From Octopus sinensis (taxonomy: Eukaryota): DNA of 64,000 nucleotides. The notes below the pieces were generated by a model. That model saw only the letters and a list, made by a program, of their open reading frames with translations, was not told where the DNA came from and searched no databases. The stretch is from positions 196,416,001 through 196,480,000 of the forward strand of contig NC_042997.1 of assembly GCF_006345805.1 (NCBI RefSeq). The letters run 5' to 3'. The position numbers were made by a program, and so were the translations under genes. Of the stretch, positions 37,950-51,070 are shown one piece after another; position 1 is the first letter of the stretch; every line of letters starts with the position of its first letter.

Positions 37950-38800
37950 GCAATTCAGATTAGCTAGATTAAGTAAATAAAATATGTCTTCGTTCAAATA
38001 AACAACAAATTCCTACATTGTTGAATCTATACAAACGAGTTATGGAACGGTCCAGTGGGCGGAACTTCACGTTAGTGAGTGGGGGCGATGCGCTGTAGTC
38101 ATTGAGAGGAAGGCTCCAAAACGGTGCGCATTCTCTCCTGATGACGCCTGAAATCTATTGGCGTCCAATAGAAGCAAGCTGTTTCCAAGTCTTTGTTTTC
38201 GTTCAAAGAAGTAATAAAGCTCTTATAAACTACTGAGAAAACGCATGAAGTTTATCAAAATACATCGCTCTAGTAGTAGACCAAGCAGTGATGACGGACG
38301 ATTATCTCCCGCTAGCAATATAAACATGAGTGCTTAAATGCACTACAGGTCCACTTGAGAAGTTTTCTCATGGTAAATAATGCAGCATTTTGTGTTCTAA
38401 CACCAAAACCCACTTTAAACTGGGGATAAATATTACTCTTGGCATGAATATTGCTTCTACCGCTATTAAACATCACTCTAGATTTTAGATGTTTTGCTTG
38501 ACTTTTGTTTGTTTCAACTGAACTTCAACTTATATTTTTGTTTCGATTTTAAAATGTGAATATCATAATTAGGTGTTGAAATTAATGAACGATTTGCTGC
38601 CAAAATGGCTTGCAATTAACAACTTTAGTCAAGTATTTTTCTAATACTCTCTGCTGATCGAAAGTGTGAAACGAAAATGTCGATATGTTTCATCCGTTCA
38701 CCATTTGAAGATTCAGCTAGTTTCATAGTCCTGTTCCCTGTTAGTTTCACAGTTCTGCTCCTCAGGCAACTGAAGCTCAAAAACGTGAATCTAGCGATTG
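37950..38800 (-). mobile_element. Highly decayed RTE reverse-transcriptase remnant
   Basis: QFKVGFGVRTQNAALFTMRKLL resembles QFGF..GT.NA.F.LR.L; GVIRRECAPFWSLPLNDYS resembles GVRQGC.LSP.LFNLYS. Confidence 0.45.
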
Positions 38801-39679
38801 TATCTTGTGAAATTTAAGCTTAAGATAAAACTATAAACTCTACTTCTTGTATTGAGTGCATTTTCATTTACTTCAATACAAACACTCATAATATACGAAC
38901 ATACTTTTGTATATGTCTGTGTGTCTGTGGGTGTGTCTGTGTGTCTGTGGGTGCCTCTGTGTTTGTATGTGAGTATGTATCTCTGTAAGAGTGAATATGT
39001 TTAGTAGAAAGTACTTTTACAAAAGTTATGGCTGAAGTAAACTATGAAGAAAATAAAAAAAACACAAAAGAACAAAAAAAAAATACAACCAAAACAAAAC
39101 CGAACACGATCGAGTCTTAAAGAACACTTTAATGGAAGACCTATATTTTAAGACTTCCAAAAGTATTAGAAATACTTTCTGTTCAATATTTCTGTTTAAA
39201 TTAAAACATTTTTCTACAATAAATGAATAAATTTATGAAAATATATATTTATAAATATTTAAGTCAACAACAGTTTTATGTTAAGAAATATAGATCATTT
39301 ATTCCATTTCGGCAAGGGAACGCCAATTAATATTTTTAAATAACCTCTAGAGACATCATTATAACTATCAATACAGTTAAAATTTATTTCTAATAATATA
39401 GAATCAATTCAGTTGACAAAAATAATTGGGTGCAGTAGTTCTCAAGCAAGCTTTTAGCATCACAGCATTATTTTCTTCAATTAAATACTCGAAGGAAAAA
39501 AAGAAACATATTCAAAGATTAAAATGAAAACGTAATGGAGTAGAACTAAATGAAGAGGTTGCGGTAAACAATGATCAGTGGTTAGAGGGGAAATGTTACA
39601 TTCTGAGCGGGAGCTTATATTCGTATACAGCCACCAACTAATAAGCTACATACGAATATCACACGCACGCATATATATA

Positions 39680-40078
39680 CTCTTTTACTCTTTTACTTGT
39701 TTCAGTCATTTGACTGCGGCCATGTGAAGCACCGCCTTTAATCGAGCAACTCGACCCCGGGACTTATTCTTTTGTAAGCCCAGTACTTATTCTATCGGTC
39801 TCTTTTGCCGAACCGCTAAGTGACGGGGACGTAAATACACCAGCATCGGTTGTCAAGCAATGCTAGGGGGACAAACACAGACACACAAACACACACGCAC
39901 ACACACACATATATACGACGGGCTTCTTTCAGTTTCCGTCTACCAAATCTACTCACAAGGCATTGGTCGGCCCGGGGCTATAGCAGAAGACACTTGCCCA
40001 AGGTGCCACGCAGTGGGACTGAACCCAGAACCATGTGGTTGGTTAGCAAGCTACTTACCACACAGCCACTCCTGCGCC
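39680..40078 (-). mobile_element. SINE family A
   Basis: Full length, same subfamily as 34361. Confidence 0.93.
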
Positions 40079-40139
40079 TATATATATATATATATATATT
40101 GACCGTTAGCTCCAAAAGTTTTTTTTTTAATTCTCTCTC

Positions 40140-40345
40140 TGTTTATTTCATCGTGTTCCTTTCTGTTGAAGAGCGTAGGCTCGAAATGTAAAAGACTTTC
40201 TCACCTCCCGAACGTTAAACTAATACACCTGTTTGTTTTTTATACACCTGTCTTCGTCATTTGTTTTTTTTTTTGGGGGGGGGGCATTTCAACTATATAT
40301 ATATATAACACCTTGTACGTGGCATTTATAAGCAACTCAGCAGGT
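40140..40345 (+). mobile_element. Short dispersed repeat with hammerhead-like motif, copy 2
   Basis: cttt-CTGTTGA-a-gagc-gtag-gctc-GAAA-tgta-aaag at 40159-40194. Confidence 0.65.
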
Positions 40346-40843
40346 AACAGAAATCTCTATTAAAGTAACTTAGGGCTTAAGTGTGTCACGGCCATTACGA
40401 CTCATACAGGCAGATCTTAGTTCGTTGTCCATGGTATATAAGTAATTGAACAGCATGTCGGTCTGTCGCAGTGTTGAAGTGACTAGGTCGACCGAAACAT
40501 TTGCATAAATATATATGAACACACACACACACACACACGTATTCTTTCTCCCCCTCTCATATACACACGTGCGCCCGCACTGACACAATCACAAAAAAAT
40601 AATAATACACGGAGAAATGTTTGTTTCAGATAACCTTTGATTCCATTAAGTAATTATAACCGGAGACGAGACTACACCGAGACTAAGCATTATGACGATG
40701 GCTACTGGGGTGGTAGTGGTATATTATAATTAGGAAAGTCCGCTACATTTAATCAATGTAAGGATTGTCGTAAGTACTTCTTTGTTCTTGGCAAAGGTAC
40801 TTTCCTCTGATTTTGGGATTTCATATTAAGGTTGATTTCGATT

Positions 40844-40997
40844 CACATGGTCCCGGGTTCAGTTCCACTGCGTGGCACCTTGGGCAAGTGTCTTCTACTA
40901 TGGCCTCGTGTCGACCAAAGCCTTGAGAGTGGATTTGGTAGACAGAAATTGAAAGAAGCCCGTCGTGTGTATGTATGTATGTATGTGTGTATATATA
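40844..40997 (+). mobile_element. SINE family A, partial
   Basis: Ends at its internal microsatellite. Confidence 0.85.
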
Positions 40998-41320
40998 TAC
41001 TGTTTATACCTCGCTCAGAAATTTAATATATATATATATAATATATATATATTAAATCTCTGAGCGAGGTATAAACAGTAGCTGCACGACATCGTGAAGT
41101 ATATTCACACGCTGATGACGGGTCAATACCCAGAAACTAGAGTCCGTGTGTATCATACAGGTTGAAGATGGGAAGGATGGCTTCCCTTTGCAAATACTGA
41201 TAGGGCACAGAAAGTGTGTTAATAGCCAGCTGGAGGAGGTGTCCTCCTGGGGCTACAAGCTACAGTAGCATCCACCCTTAAGGGTTAGACACAGTTAAGT
41301 GACAAATATAGTTCACTATA
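40998..41320 (+). mobile_element. Penelope-like terminal repeat remnant with an inverted tail
   Basis: Inverted arms 40998-41030 / 41049-41080 around (TA)n, followed by a hammerhead motif. Confidence 0.5.
41106..41150 (+). ncRNA. Minimal type I hammerhead ribozyme candidate
   Basis: CACACG-CTGATGA-c-GGG-tcaata-CCC-a-GAAA-C-taga-G-TC-CGTGTG: 6-bp stem I, intact core, GUC at 41142-41144. Confidence 0.7.
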
Positions 41321-41629
41321 TATATATATATAAATAAATTTATATAAATAAGGATAAGATCGTTAATTTAAAATAAAATAACGAACTTATCAAGTGGTCA
41401 GCATGGAAAAAACAATCTTCAAAGGTAATAATTATTAAAATTATAAATTAGGGTATCTACGAGATACCACCATGCTGAAAACAGCAGCAATGAACCGACT
41501 CTAAAACCACCTTAAGTTTTCCTATAGGAAATATATATATATATATATATAGTGTAATAAATAAAATAAAATATATGCATACATACATATATGTACGTAC
41601 CTACATCTACATGTATATATACATGCATA

Positions 41630-42240
41630 TATAAATATATATACGTGAGTACAGGACACCACAAATAGACGTAGAACTCAACGAGAAACGAAAGCGTAAA
41701 AACAAGCATGGAACGGACCATTTTTTTACAACGAAAAAACAGAGTACAAGACAACTACATAAGGAAAAATCCCCAAATTCACAAACAATAAAAAACGTAA
41801 ACAGTATATCAAGTACACGGAAGACAAACAAAGAAGGTCCCTAATTCTTCATCAGTTATCAACCAGATGGTAATACTCAGTTTCGTACCATTATTGATGA
41901 GACTGGTTTCCTATGCTGGAGGTGGGTGCGAAAGTTGTGGAGAATATAGGGCGGAGAGCCAACAAAACGTGGATAGCAAGCGATGCAGAAGTGGACATAT
42001 GAAAGGGAATAAATGTAATTTAAGACGATATGGACGAAGAACAAAGACGAAATGAATAAGGAACGAGCAAAATATAGCCTTAGGGCCAAAAAGACACGGA
42101 TGGTGGGTAACGTCTACCTTGAGGATCCTTGAGGATTCGAAAAACAAATGGGAGTACGTGTCGGTGGAACACAGAATGTAGGACGCGACTGGTGTAAAAA
42201 AGGGGGAAAGGCTGGCCACGGGTCACTGTCATCAACAGGC
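41630..42240 (-). mobile_element. Possible decayed Penelope-like 3' region
   Basis: Weak GIY-YIG C-terminal resemblance (SRILK...L.P.G) then gaaactgagta...ctgatgaag and (TA)n. Confidence 0.35.
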
Positions 42241-42379
42241 AGAGGAGAAAGAGGGCGAGAGAGAGAGAGAGAGAGAGAGGGAGGGAGAGAATGAAAACAA
42301 GGAGGACAAAAAGGAGAAAGAAGAAAGGCTGGAAATAGAAGTAAGAGTGGGAGAGAGAGATTAAAGTGTGTGTGTGTGT

Positions 42380-42610
42380 GTGTGTGTTTGTCTTCGTGTC
42401 TGTTTGTATCTGTGTTTGTTCCCCACTATCGCTTGATAACCACTATTCGTGTACCTACGTCCCCGTAACCTAGCGGTTCCGGAAAAAGGACGATAAAGCA
42501 ACTACCAAACTTAAAAAAACAAGTACTGGGGTCGATTCATTCGACTAAAAAAAAAAAAGGCGGTGCTCCAGCATGGCTGCTGTCTAATGACTGAAAAATG
42601 TAGAAGATAA
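42380..42610 (+). mobile_element. SINE family A, 3' half
   Basis: Starts in (TG)n and runs to the tail. Confidence 0.8.
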
Positions 42611-43023
42611 AAGATCATACGAAGGGTAAAAGTTGCAATACAGATACACAGATTCTGAGCTTGTACAGTGTGTAGGCAGACGCTGTGTCTCTCTAAGTAA
42701 AGATACGTTATTCCTTTAAAAATATAGGCTCAAATAAAGAAACCATAACTTGGCTACTACCTTTTGACATCGTCAGTTTTCGATAAGATGGACAAGGCAT
42801 GTGCTAAGGCGTGAACAGTTTTCATCATCAGATAAGCAAATATATAATTCTGTCCTTCACGGTGTTTATGCGCCTTTCCTAACGATATTATTGGTGTAAA
42901 AGGACACTTTAATAAATATCGTATTCACACAGACATGAAGCTACATAAAGAACGAACATTCTTCTCGCTGGTCTGCGAAAACTGAAATGACGTGACGTTA
43001 TGTTTTAAATTATTCTGATTAAA

Positions 43024-43432
43024 GCGCAGGAGTGGTTGTGTGGTAAGTAGCTTGCTTACCAACTACATGGTTCCGGGTTCAGTCCCACTGCGTGGCATCT
43101 TGGGCAAGTGTCTTCTACTATAGCCTCGGGCCGATCAAAGCCTTGTGAGTGAATTTGGTAGACGGAAACTGAAAGAAGCCCATTGTATATATGTATATAT
43201 ATATGTATGTGTGTGTATATATGTTTGTGTGTCTGTGTTTGTCCCCCCGACATCGCTTGTCAACCGATGCTGGTGTGTTTACGTCCCCATAACTTAGCGG
43301 TTCGGCAAAAGAGACCGATAGAATAAGTACTAGGCTTACAAAGAATAAGTCCCGGGGTCGATTTGCTCGACTAAAGGCGGTACTCCAGCATGGCCGCAGA
43401 CAAATGACTGAAACTAGTAAAAGATTAAAAGA
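43024..43432 (+). mobile_element. SINE family A
   Basis: Full length. Confidence 0.93.
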
Positions 43433-44380
43433 TTAAGTCTTCGACAAATTGACTGAAATTTACTTTACATTTTCTATATTCATAAAATAAAACTCAAAAT
43501 GATGTTTAAACGACTTCTACTTTTGAAATTGTCAATGATGATGACAACTATCCTACCACTTCCGGTTAAGATTACGACGTTGTAAATGATGATATTGACA
43601 ATAACGTTGGCAAACATAATAATAATCTTCACTTATAATTGGATATATGGTATCTGAAACCCAAAAGAAAAACTGATTAAAATAGTATTGGTTATTCTTC
43701 CTATTGAAAGAGGCAGGGATTTATTTTATTATCGAAAGGCTGTTGTCCATATTTCTTGAAAGACGTGGTTATTTGTTCGATGTCATTGTGTACTATTTGA
43801 AATTTAACATTATTGTAACTTTACTATTCATGGCTTAGGTATATAAAAGAGACGAAAGCCAAATAAGTCTTAGAAACGACTCGATATCAAAAGTATAAAG
43901 CAATGAAACGTTTGTTAATAATCAATTCTATTCTAGCGCCAATTCTTGGTGATTTCTAGCGAAGCAGGTTCGTGCAAGTAAAGTTAATCGCCAAGAGAGC
44001 GGTACTTTAAACGACTTGATTGCATTTTCATATAGAATCTAGGACCTAAACTCATAAATAATTGATAAATGATTACACTTTCACAATTCCCGGTTCTCAC
44101 ATGTGTTCGGTTCTGGAATTAAGAGTCAAAATAATATTTTTCTCAATGGACTTCTTTTCTCATTTGAAACTGGTTCAAATATTTGCTCTGGCATTTCTGG
44201 TATTCATTACCAAATAGGTATAGATTGATTGACAAATACAAGCGGGGGCTGCTGTTCATGTGTCTACGTTGAATAACTTATAAGGACCTTCATTATGCTT
44301 TAATTAATCTCATAAAATATATGGAATTTTGGCTTGTACTATTTTATGTCCGTATCCAATATAACACGCACACATGGACA

Positions 44381-44432
<52 letters not shown>

Positions 44433-44460
44433 CGCGTGTGTGTGTGTCTACAACTATCAT

Positions 44461-44509
<49 letters not shown>

Positions 44510-44607
44510 ACAAACACACGCATAAATATATATATATATAAATATTATATTTACATGTATGTATATATAACCTTGTATTTTTGAAATACTGAATAAAGTT
44601 ACACGTA

Positions 44608-44890
44608 GGCGTGGCTGTGTGGTAAGAAGCTTGCTTCCCAACCACATGGTTCCGGGTTCAGTTCCACTGTGTGGCACCTTGGGCAAGTATCGTCTACTAT
44701 AGCCTCGGGCCGACCAAAGCCTTGTGAGTGGATTTGGAAGACGGAAACTAAAAGAAGCCCGTCGTGTGTGTATATATATATATATATATTTGTGTGTGTG
44801 TCTGTGTTTGCTCCCCCCCCATCACTTGACAACCGATGCTGGTGTATTTACTACCCTGTAACTTAGCAGTTCGGCAAAAAGAGACCGATA
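44608..44890 (+). mobile_element. SINE family A, 3'-truncated
   Basis: Ends at gagaccgata before (CA)n. Confidence 0.88.
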
Positions 44891-44892
44891 TA

Positions 44893-44929
<37 letters not shown>

Positions 44930-45372
44930 CAAGCATACTTATGAACATAGACATAATCATCTTTAACAGAATTAAACTTTTGTTTTGTAATGTATCTTTC
45001 TTAGTATAAGCTGAACTAATTCAGTTCAGTTTTGAGCTGCTAAACATTATTATTGCACTTCCTTAATTTGAATCCTAAACCTTAAAGAATTAATTCATAC
45101 ATTTCTATACATACATACTTTTTTGAATACCCACTACTCCGATAATTCTACATTTATACAGTTACATTTTTTCCATGACAATAGATAAATTTTTTTATTC
45201 CCCAAAGTATTTGTAGTGGCTTCATGCAGACATAGCGTGGATTCGATCCTTGATTTCCAAATTTCACTTAACACTTCAACAGCGCTTTTCTTTCGGTAAA
45301 ACAATAGTTTTTCTGTGAATGACACCAGTTATACATTTCTAAGATGCCTTCGCTAAGCAGAATAATGACTTT

Positions 45373-45500
45373 GCCTCTCGCTAACCTCCGACAGCCTCTC
45401 TCGCCAACCTCCAACAATCTTTCTCGCCAACCCCCGAAAACCTCTCTCGCGAACCTCCGAAAACCTCTCTCGCCAAAATTTAACAATCTCTCCCTCCTCC
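45373..45500. repeat. 23-bp minisatellite (acctctctcgccaacctccgaaa), ~5.5 copies
   Basis: Directly visible. Confidence 0.85.
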
Positions 45501-46133
45501 AGCTGATAAATTTTTGTACTTTTTTTTAAATGGAAAATACACTTTTTGTGGCAGTTATAACGAAATGTCTTTCTTATATCAGAGTAATAAGGCGTTTCAA
45601 TAGAACATCTTTACCCCCGGCAATTACCGGGTGCACCAGTTTGTATATACAAATATGCACACATTTTTATGTTTTTTCTTCTTCGTTCCTACTGAATTTC
45701 TAAATGACATTCAGTCCATATAGATGCGGCTTAGCTTTAAAAATGATTTCATCCCATCAATATTCTTATTGAAATTCAAAAATAAAACTTGAAAAGTACA
45801 CAATGTCAAATCTTAGGAAGATCTTATAACTTATAAATTGGTATGAGTCTAATTCTTTTTTCTACGTGACTTGCTCGGATGACTTAGAGGTAGACGGATC
45901 GAAGCCAAACGCTTTTATAGGTCCTTCCACGCTAATAGGAAGAAAGGAAGATCTCAGCCACAAACCGGAGTTTTCGACCGGATACTCTACTAACGTCACC
46001 CAAGGACGCCAGTTGTTAAAAACATCAATATTTACGATTCCATGAGTCATAGGCATAAATGAGTGATTCGATGTAAAAATTTCAGAACACTGCCCGTTGA
46101 AAAGATTTGGACGGTGAGAATATAGGTTCCGAA

Positions 46134-46535
46134 AGGCGGCGAGCTGGCAGAATCGTTTGCACGCCGAGTGAAGTGCTTTGCGGTATTTCGTCTGCCGCTA
46201 CGTTCTGAGTTCAAATTCTGCCGAGGTCGACTTTGCCTTTCATCCTTTCGGGGTCGATTAAATAAGTACCAGTTACGCACTGGGATCGATATAATCGACT
46301 TAATCCGTGTCTGTTCTTGTTTGTCCTCTCTGTGTTTAGCCCCTTGTGGGTAGTAAAGAAATAGGTATTTCGTCTGTCTTTACGTTCTGAGTTCAAATTC
46401 CACCGAGGCCGACTTTGCCTTTCATCCTTTCGGAGTCGATAAATTAAGTACCAGTTGCGTACTGGGGTCAATCTAATTGACTGGCCATCTCCCCCAAAAT
46501 TTCGGGCCTTGTGCCTAGAGTAGTAAAGAATATAG
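46134..46535 (+). mobile_element. SINE family B with two units
   Basis: Head at 46136 and repeated core. Confidence 0.9.
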
Positions 46536-47660
46536 GTTCCGTTGGTTGAGTCGACCTGGAATTGCATCTACTTCAATTTCTAAGTTCCGAAACGAATGAA
46601 TTACGACCGCAGATCATATAATTATTCGACTGTTTGCTTTTATTGGAATTATTAAATGACAATCTGTTTCGAAAGCACGGAACGATCCCACATTTAGTTC
46701 GTTTAAGGGGTGTTAATCTGGGTGATAGATTAAGTCTGCGGTTCATGTGATATATTTCACCAAAATTTGTTTGTGTAATTAGATTATATGGAAGAGGAAA
46801 ACAGAAAAGTTGAAATTACGCCCAGAACAATATAGATAATTTATTCAAGATTGCGAGAGAAATATCAAAACTAAAAGTTAGTTTGTTTTGATAAAAAGAA
46901 TACCGACAGGCAACTCGATAATTCAATTTATAATGTGACAGTGAAATTTTATGAAGCGTTAGTGACATCTTTAAATCAGACTCCATCTTTTGTTTTAGAG
47001 GTTTAGTCAGAGGATGGATAGCAGTGTTTGCTTATGATACTGTTTAGGGCAACGTGCGATGGTATCGTATTACTTTAACACTTGAAAGATATTGGGGGTG
47101 TCTTGACGCTTTGGTTGTTCGTCCTTTTTCAAAAAGAAAACAAGATGGAGGAACATAGTAGTAATAGAGTGAAGGAGGAAGCGCGAGAGAAAGAGAATGT
47201 CAGAAAAAATTATATCCATCCATCCATCCACCCACCCACCCACTTAAGTAACAATCTGAAGTGCCACCACGTACAAACGAAGAGTGAAAAATATTTAGGA
47301 CGCTCCAGTGGCTTGTCAACTTGGTATTTCCACAGTGTGCAGCCAATCCTCAATCACGATGGTTTCTGTACAGTTAACGTTTACGAAATTCCACTACACT
47401 AATATATACGCCCATACATACTTGCAAACTGAATTCAGTAGCGTGTATATGTGTACGTTTGTGTGTGTGTGTGTGTGTGTGTGTGCATGCGTGTGTCTAT
47501 ACGAAATTTTACGATATTAATTGATTATCTAGTAAGTATAACAGTTTTTTCATAATGCTCATCGTTTCCATTTTTTTGTAAGTTCTGGTTAGCTGTTTGT
47601 CTTAAACATTATGATATAACACTTCGTAACTTATGCTCTCTCCCCCTCCCCCTCTCTCTG

Positions 47661-47712
<52 letters not shown>

Positions 47713-48273
47713 TAGATAACACACAAATTGAAATCTGATCGCACATAGAAGACAAAATCCACAAAAATTTGAATGAGGGCCACTACTGCAACGGCAATCC
47801 CACCAGGATACCTACCCCTTTCCTAAATGTGAAATCTGAACACACATAGCACACAAACTGCACACACAGAAGAAATATTCCCCAAATGACGAACTACCTC
47901 AGTATACAAGTATAAGAATACCATGTCCAGAACATAAACAAAATAATGTAAACTTATTAACCACAAAACAACTTGCTCAGTATACAAATCCAAGGGAAGC
48001 AAACACCCAAAAGATGTCACCTAAGAATAACGTTCCTTGATTTATTGTTTTATTCATGTGAATTCACGAGAATCTCCGTGAATTAGATGAGGACGTGTTT
48101 TCCAAAATGGAGGTGAAAACCTTTCTCCATCTGGATTTCTTGAGAAAATTGTTAAGACACCAGGACATTTTCCTACTTTTAACATGAAACCAATGGTAGC
48201 ATTAATTCATAAATAAAGAAATCATATCCACTCATTTTCATCGTTCATGTATGTGTGTGTGTGTGTGTGTGTG

Positions 48274-48360
48274 AAGAAGCGTGGCTTAGGGGTTAGGAAT
48301 ATTCGGCTCACGATCTTACGATCGTGAGTTCGATACCCAGCAGCGAGTTGTGTCCTTTGA
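48274..48360 (+). mobile_element. SINE family D head only
   Basis: gaagcgtggcttaggggttagg...cgtgagttcgataccc. Confidence 0.7.
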
Positions 48361-48450
48361 CATTATATTGCTGAATCGTCCATTGATTCATATGGTAAAT
48401 ACTAAATATACTAACAGCTAGGATTTCGTTTAACCATAAGCGATGGAGTA

Positions 48451-48491
48451 GTCGCTACTGATGAGCTTTAATTTCAAGCGAAACTAGCTTA
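48451..48491 (+). ncRNA. Hammerhead-like motif interrupted by a Helitron
   Basis: CTGATGA (48458-64), GCTT-taatttc-AAGC stem II, GAAAC (48480-84); 3' arm continues at 48803. Confidence 0.5.
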
Positions 48492-48802
48492 CTAGTATAG
48501 TAAGCCCGCTCGCTGCGGGGTGGTTATATCCCCTGTCAGTACATAGAATGTACTTTCTGCGGCTATAAGAGTCTTTGACTGTTGTTTTTAGCAAAGTAGA
48601 TGCTACCCTGCACTCTCACTTAGTATTAGTGGACAACTGAAATTTTCCTTTTTCGTGTAATATTGCATCTAGCGCCGCCCTTGTTATGTATATATACATA
48701 TATATATATCATAACGAGGGCGGCTGGATGCAATATAAAACGAAAAAGGAAAAAAAAAATATATATATAAGCTTTCACTTTTATATTAATAAATATGGAA
48801 GA
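48492..48802 (-). mobile_element. Complete 311-bp non-autonomous Helitron
   Basis: Minus strand starts TC (tcttccatatttattaatataaaagtgaaagc) after host A and ends with a cccgc/gcggg hairpin + CTAG before host T; no TSD. Confidence 0.78.
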
Positions 48803-49948
48803 TCAGTAGGAATATTATCTGTATGGACTTCAAGGGCTAGGTTACTATTTAGATAATTTAGGAATTAGTTAAAGGTTTGCTTACTGAATTTATTTACCGA
48901 TACTGTTTTTGTACATAGGGTAAATTTGGTTTCTTTGTGTAGTTTAATTGATAATGTTAGTGTTTAATCATTCTTAGAATTAAGATTGAATGAATGTGGT
49001 GATATCTAATGTATGTTTGTTCCTAAATAATATTTATTTCAGTGCTGTTGACACTGCCGGCTTGAATGGTTCTGCCCAGTTGTCGAAACCATAGTGATAT
49101 CCGTGGGGCAGCTGATGATGGAGGTATGCTGGATTGTTGGTATGGCTGTTATTGTAAGTGCGGAATAGTCTTATAAGACATCCGTTTGATATATATATTA
49201 TATATATATATATGCACACACACGAGATTAAATATATGTGTGCATAAAAATATATACGTGCATATGTATATATATACGTACATAAATATACAAGGTCATG
49301 TGTGCCTGCATGAATATTTACTTTCACTTTCATGCATACCTCAGCGCATGGTTATAATAGATGACGCTTCTTTGAGGTGCCAGGCAGCAAAATGGAATCC
49401 CAAGCCATACAGCTAGGAAGCAAGCGCCTTACTCATGCCACAACACCTACGTTACTTTCTAGTATTTGCATTACTGTAATTTTATCTCTAATATACAACA
49501 TAACACACAGACTCTACCTTAACCAATATACTATATTACGTCATGGTTAAAAAGCCTGTATATTGACAAAGTTTTAGCTTAATGGCGATAAAGAATTTTT
49601 GTACCATTGTCTCCTTTGTCTTGTTTCTGTTACTTTGAATGACTACCTCACCAAGCACGCATGTCGAACGGAAATGACGTATTGGGAACTGTTCATGCGT
49701 AAACTTCGTTCGTTTATTGATGTTAAAAAACCACGTACTGTACTAACGTATTTCTGTTATTTACTGAATGTGTGGTATAGAAAAGTAGTAAAAAAAAAAA
49801 ACAGAATGTAAAGGAGGATAAAAGAATTTCAGAGGCGGATAGATAGATAGATAGATAGATTGTTAGAAGCAGAGGTGGAAGGAGAGACACAAAGGAAGAA
49901 GAAAGAAATGGATAGTGAGAGGAAAAGTCAAAGTAAGTGAAGTGAAGT

Positions 49949-49951
<3 letters not shown>

Positions 49952-50028
<77 letters not shown>

Positions 50029-50144
50029 TATGTGCATGATAGAACAGGAGAGATATATAAAACAGAAAGTATGAAACGGAAATTGTTTATGAGCGTCTCT
50101 CAGTGAGAATGTATGTGTGACTGAGGAATGCACCCACGCACGCA

Positions 50145-50226
<82 letters not shown>
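49952..50226. repeat. (AG)n and (CA)n microsatellites
   Basis: (AG)n ~49952-50026; (CA)n ~50138-50226. Confidence 0.97.
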
Positions 50227-50227
<1 letters not shown>

Positions 50228-51070
50228 GAGAGAGAGCGCAAGCAAGCGAGAAAGAGTAAGAGAGAGAGTTAAGAAAAAATGGTTAAGGGAAAAAAATTAG
50301 GGTTTTCCGTCTATCGATGGGGCATGCAAACTTTGACAGTAAACACACACGTGCGCGCAACATACACATACAGCGACAGACATATTTTATTCAACAGAAA
50401 TGTAGAATGATTGTGCGGCATTTTGAAGTCGGATGAAATGGCTAAACTTCGAAGTCACAATCGCTCTGTAATTCTGTCGAATAAAATGTTTAGACTCCAG
50501 GTATTGAGCCTTATTTTCAGCAGTCGTTACTGTTTTAAATACATTATTAAACGCATTATGAATGCACATACATGCATATCCACATCCATATATATGCATA
50601 CACCCCCTCACACACATATACTACAATTACTATTATCATGAAGAAAAATAATAAAACTGCGCAGCCCTTATGTGGAGCTAACCATGAAACCCAAGGGATT
50701 CCTCTCTCAGCTACGACAGATGAAGACAAGTAACAAGTTGCAACACCAACAATATCCTATAGTAAACGACTAGGAAGTACCTTTTAGCAATAGTATCATC
50801 CCATTGACTTATGAGGATGGGGACCTCATTGATAAGCAGATTGCCTAAAACAACAACAACAACAAAAAATGAAAGGACCCAATGGAGAAAAATAACTGCT
50901 ATAGAATGTGAAGTGGGGTACACCTCGTACTTCCTGTGAAGAGGAGACGATATATCTCACATACAACCTCCGAGGAAGACCCATCTTATAAAGACGAGCC
51001 GATACCATGTGTGGAGGAATGAAATGAAATTCGAAGTCCTTTTTTCTATAATAGACTTAAAAAAGATCTA

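Noticed and set aside
37895-38170. CCTGATGA motifs at ~37899 and ~38137 as hammerheads
   Set aside because: No GAAA after the putative stem II, and they lie in or beside a decayed RT remnant on the opposite strand.
40440-40510. gaccgaaac motif as a hammerhead
   Set aside because: No recognisable CUGANGA core or stem II loop.
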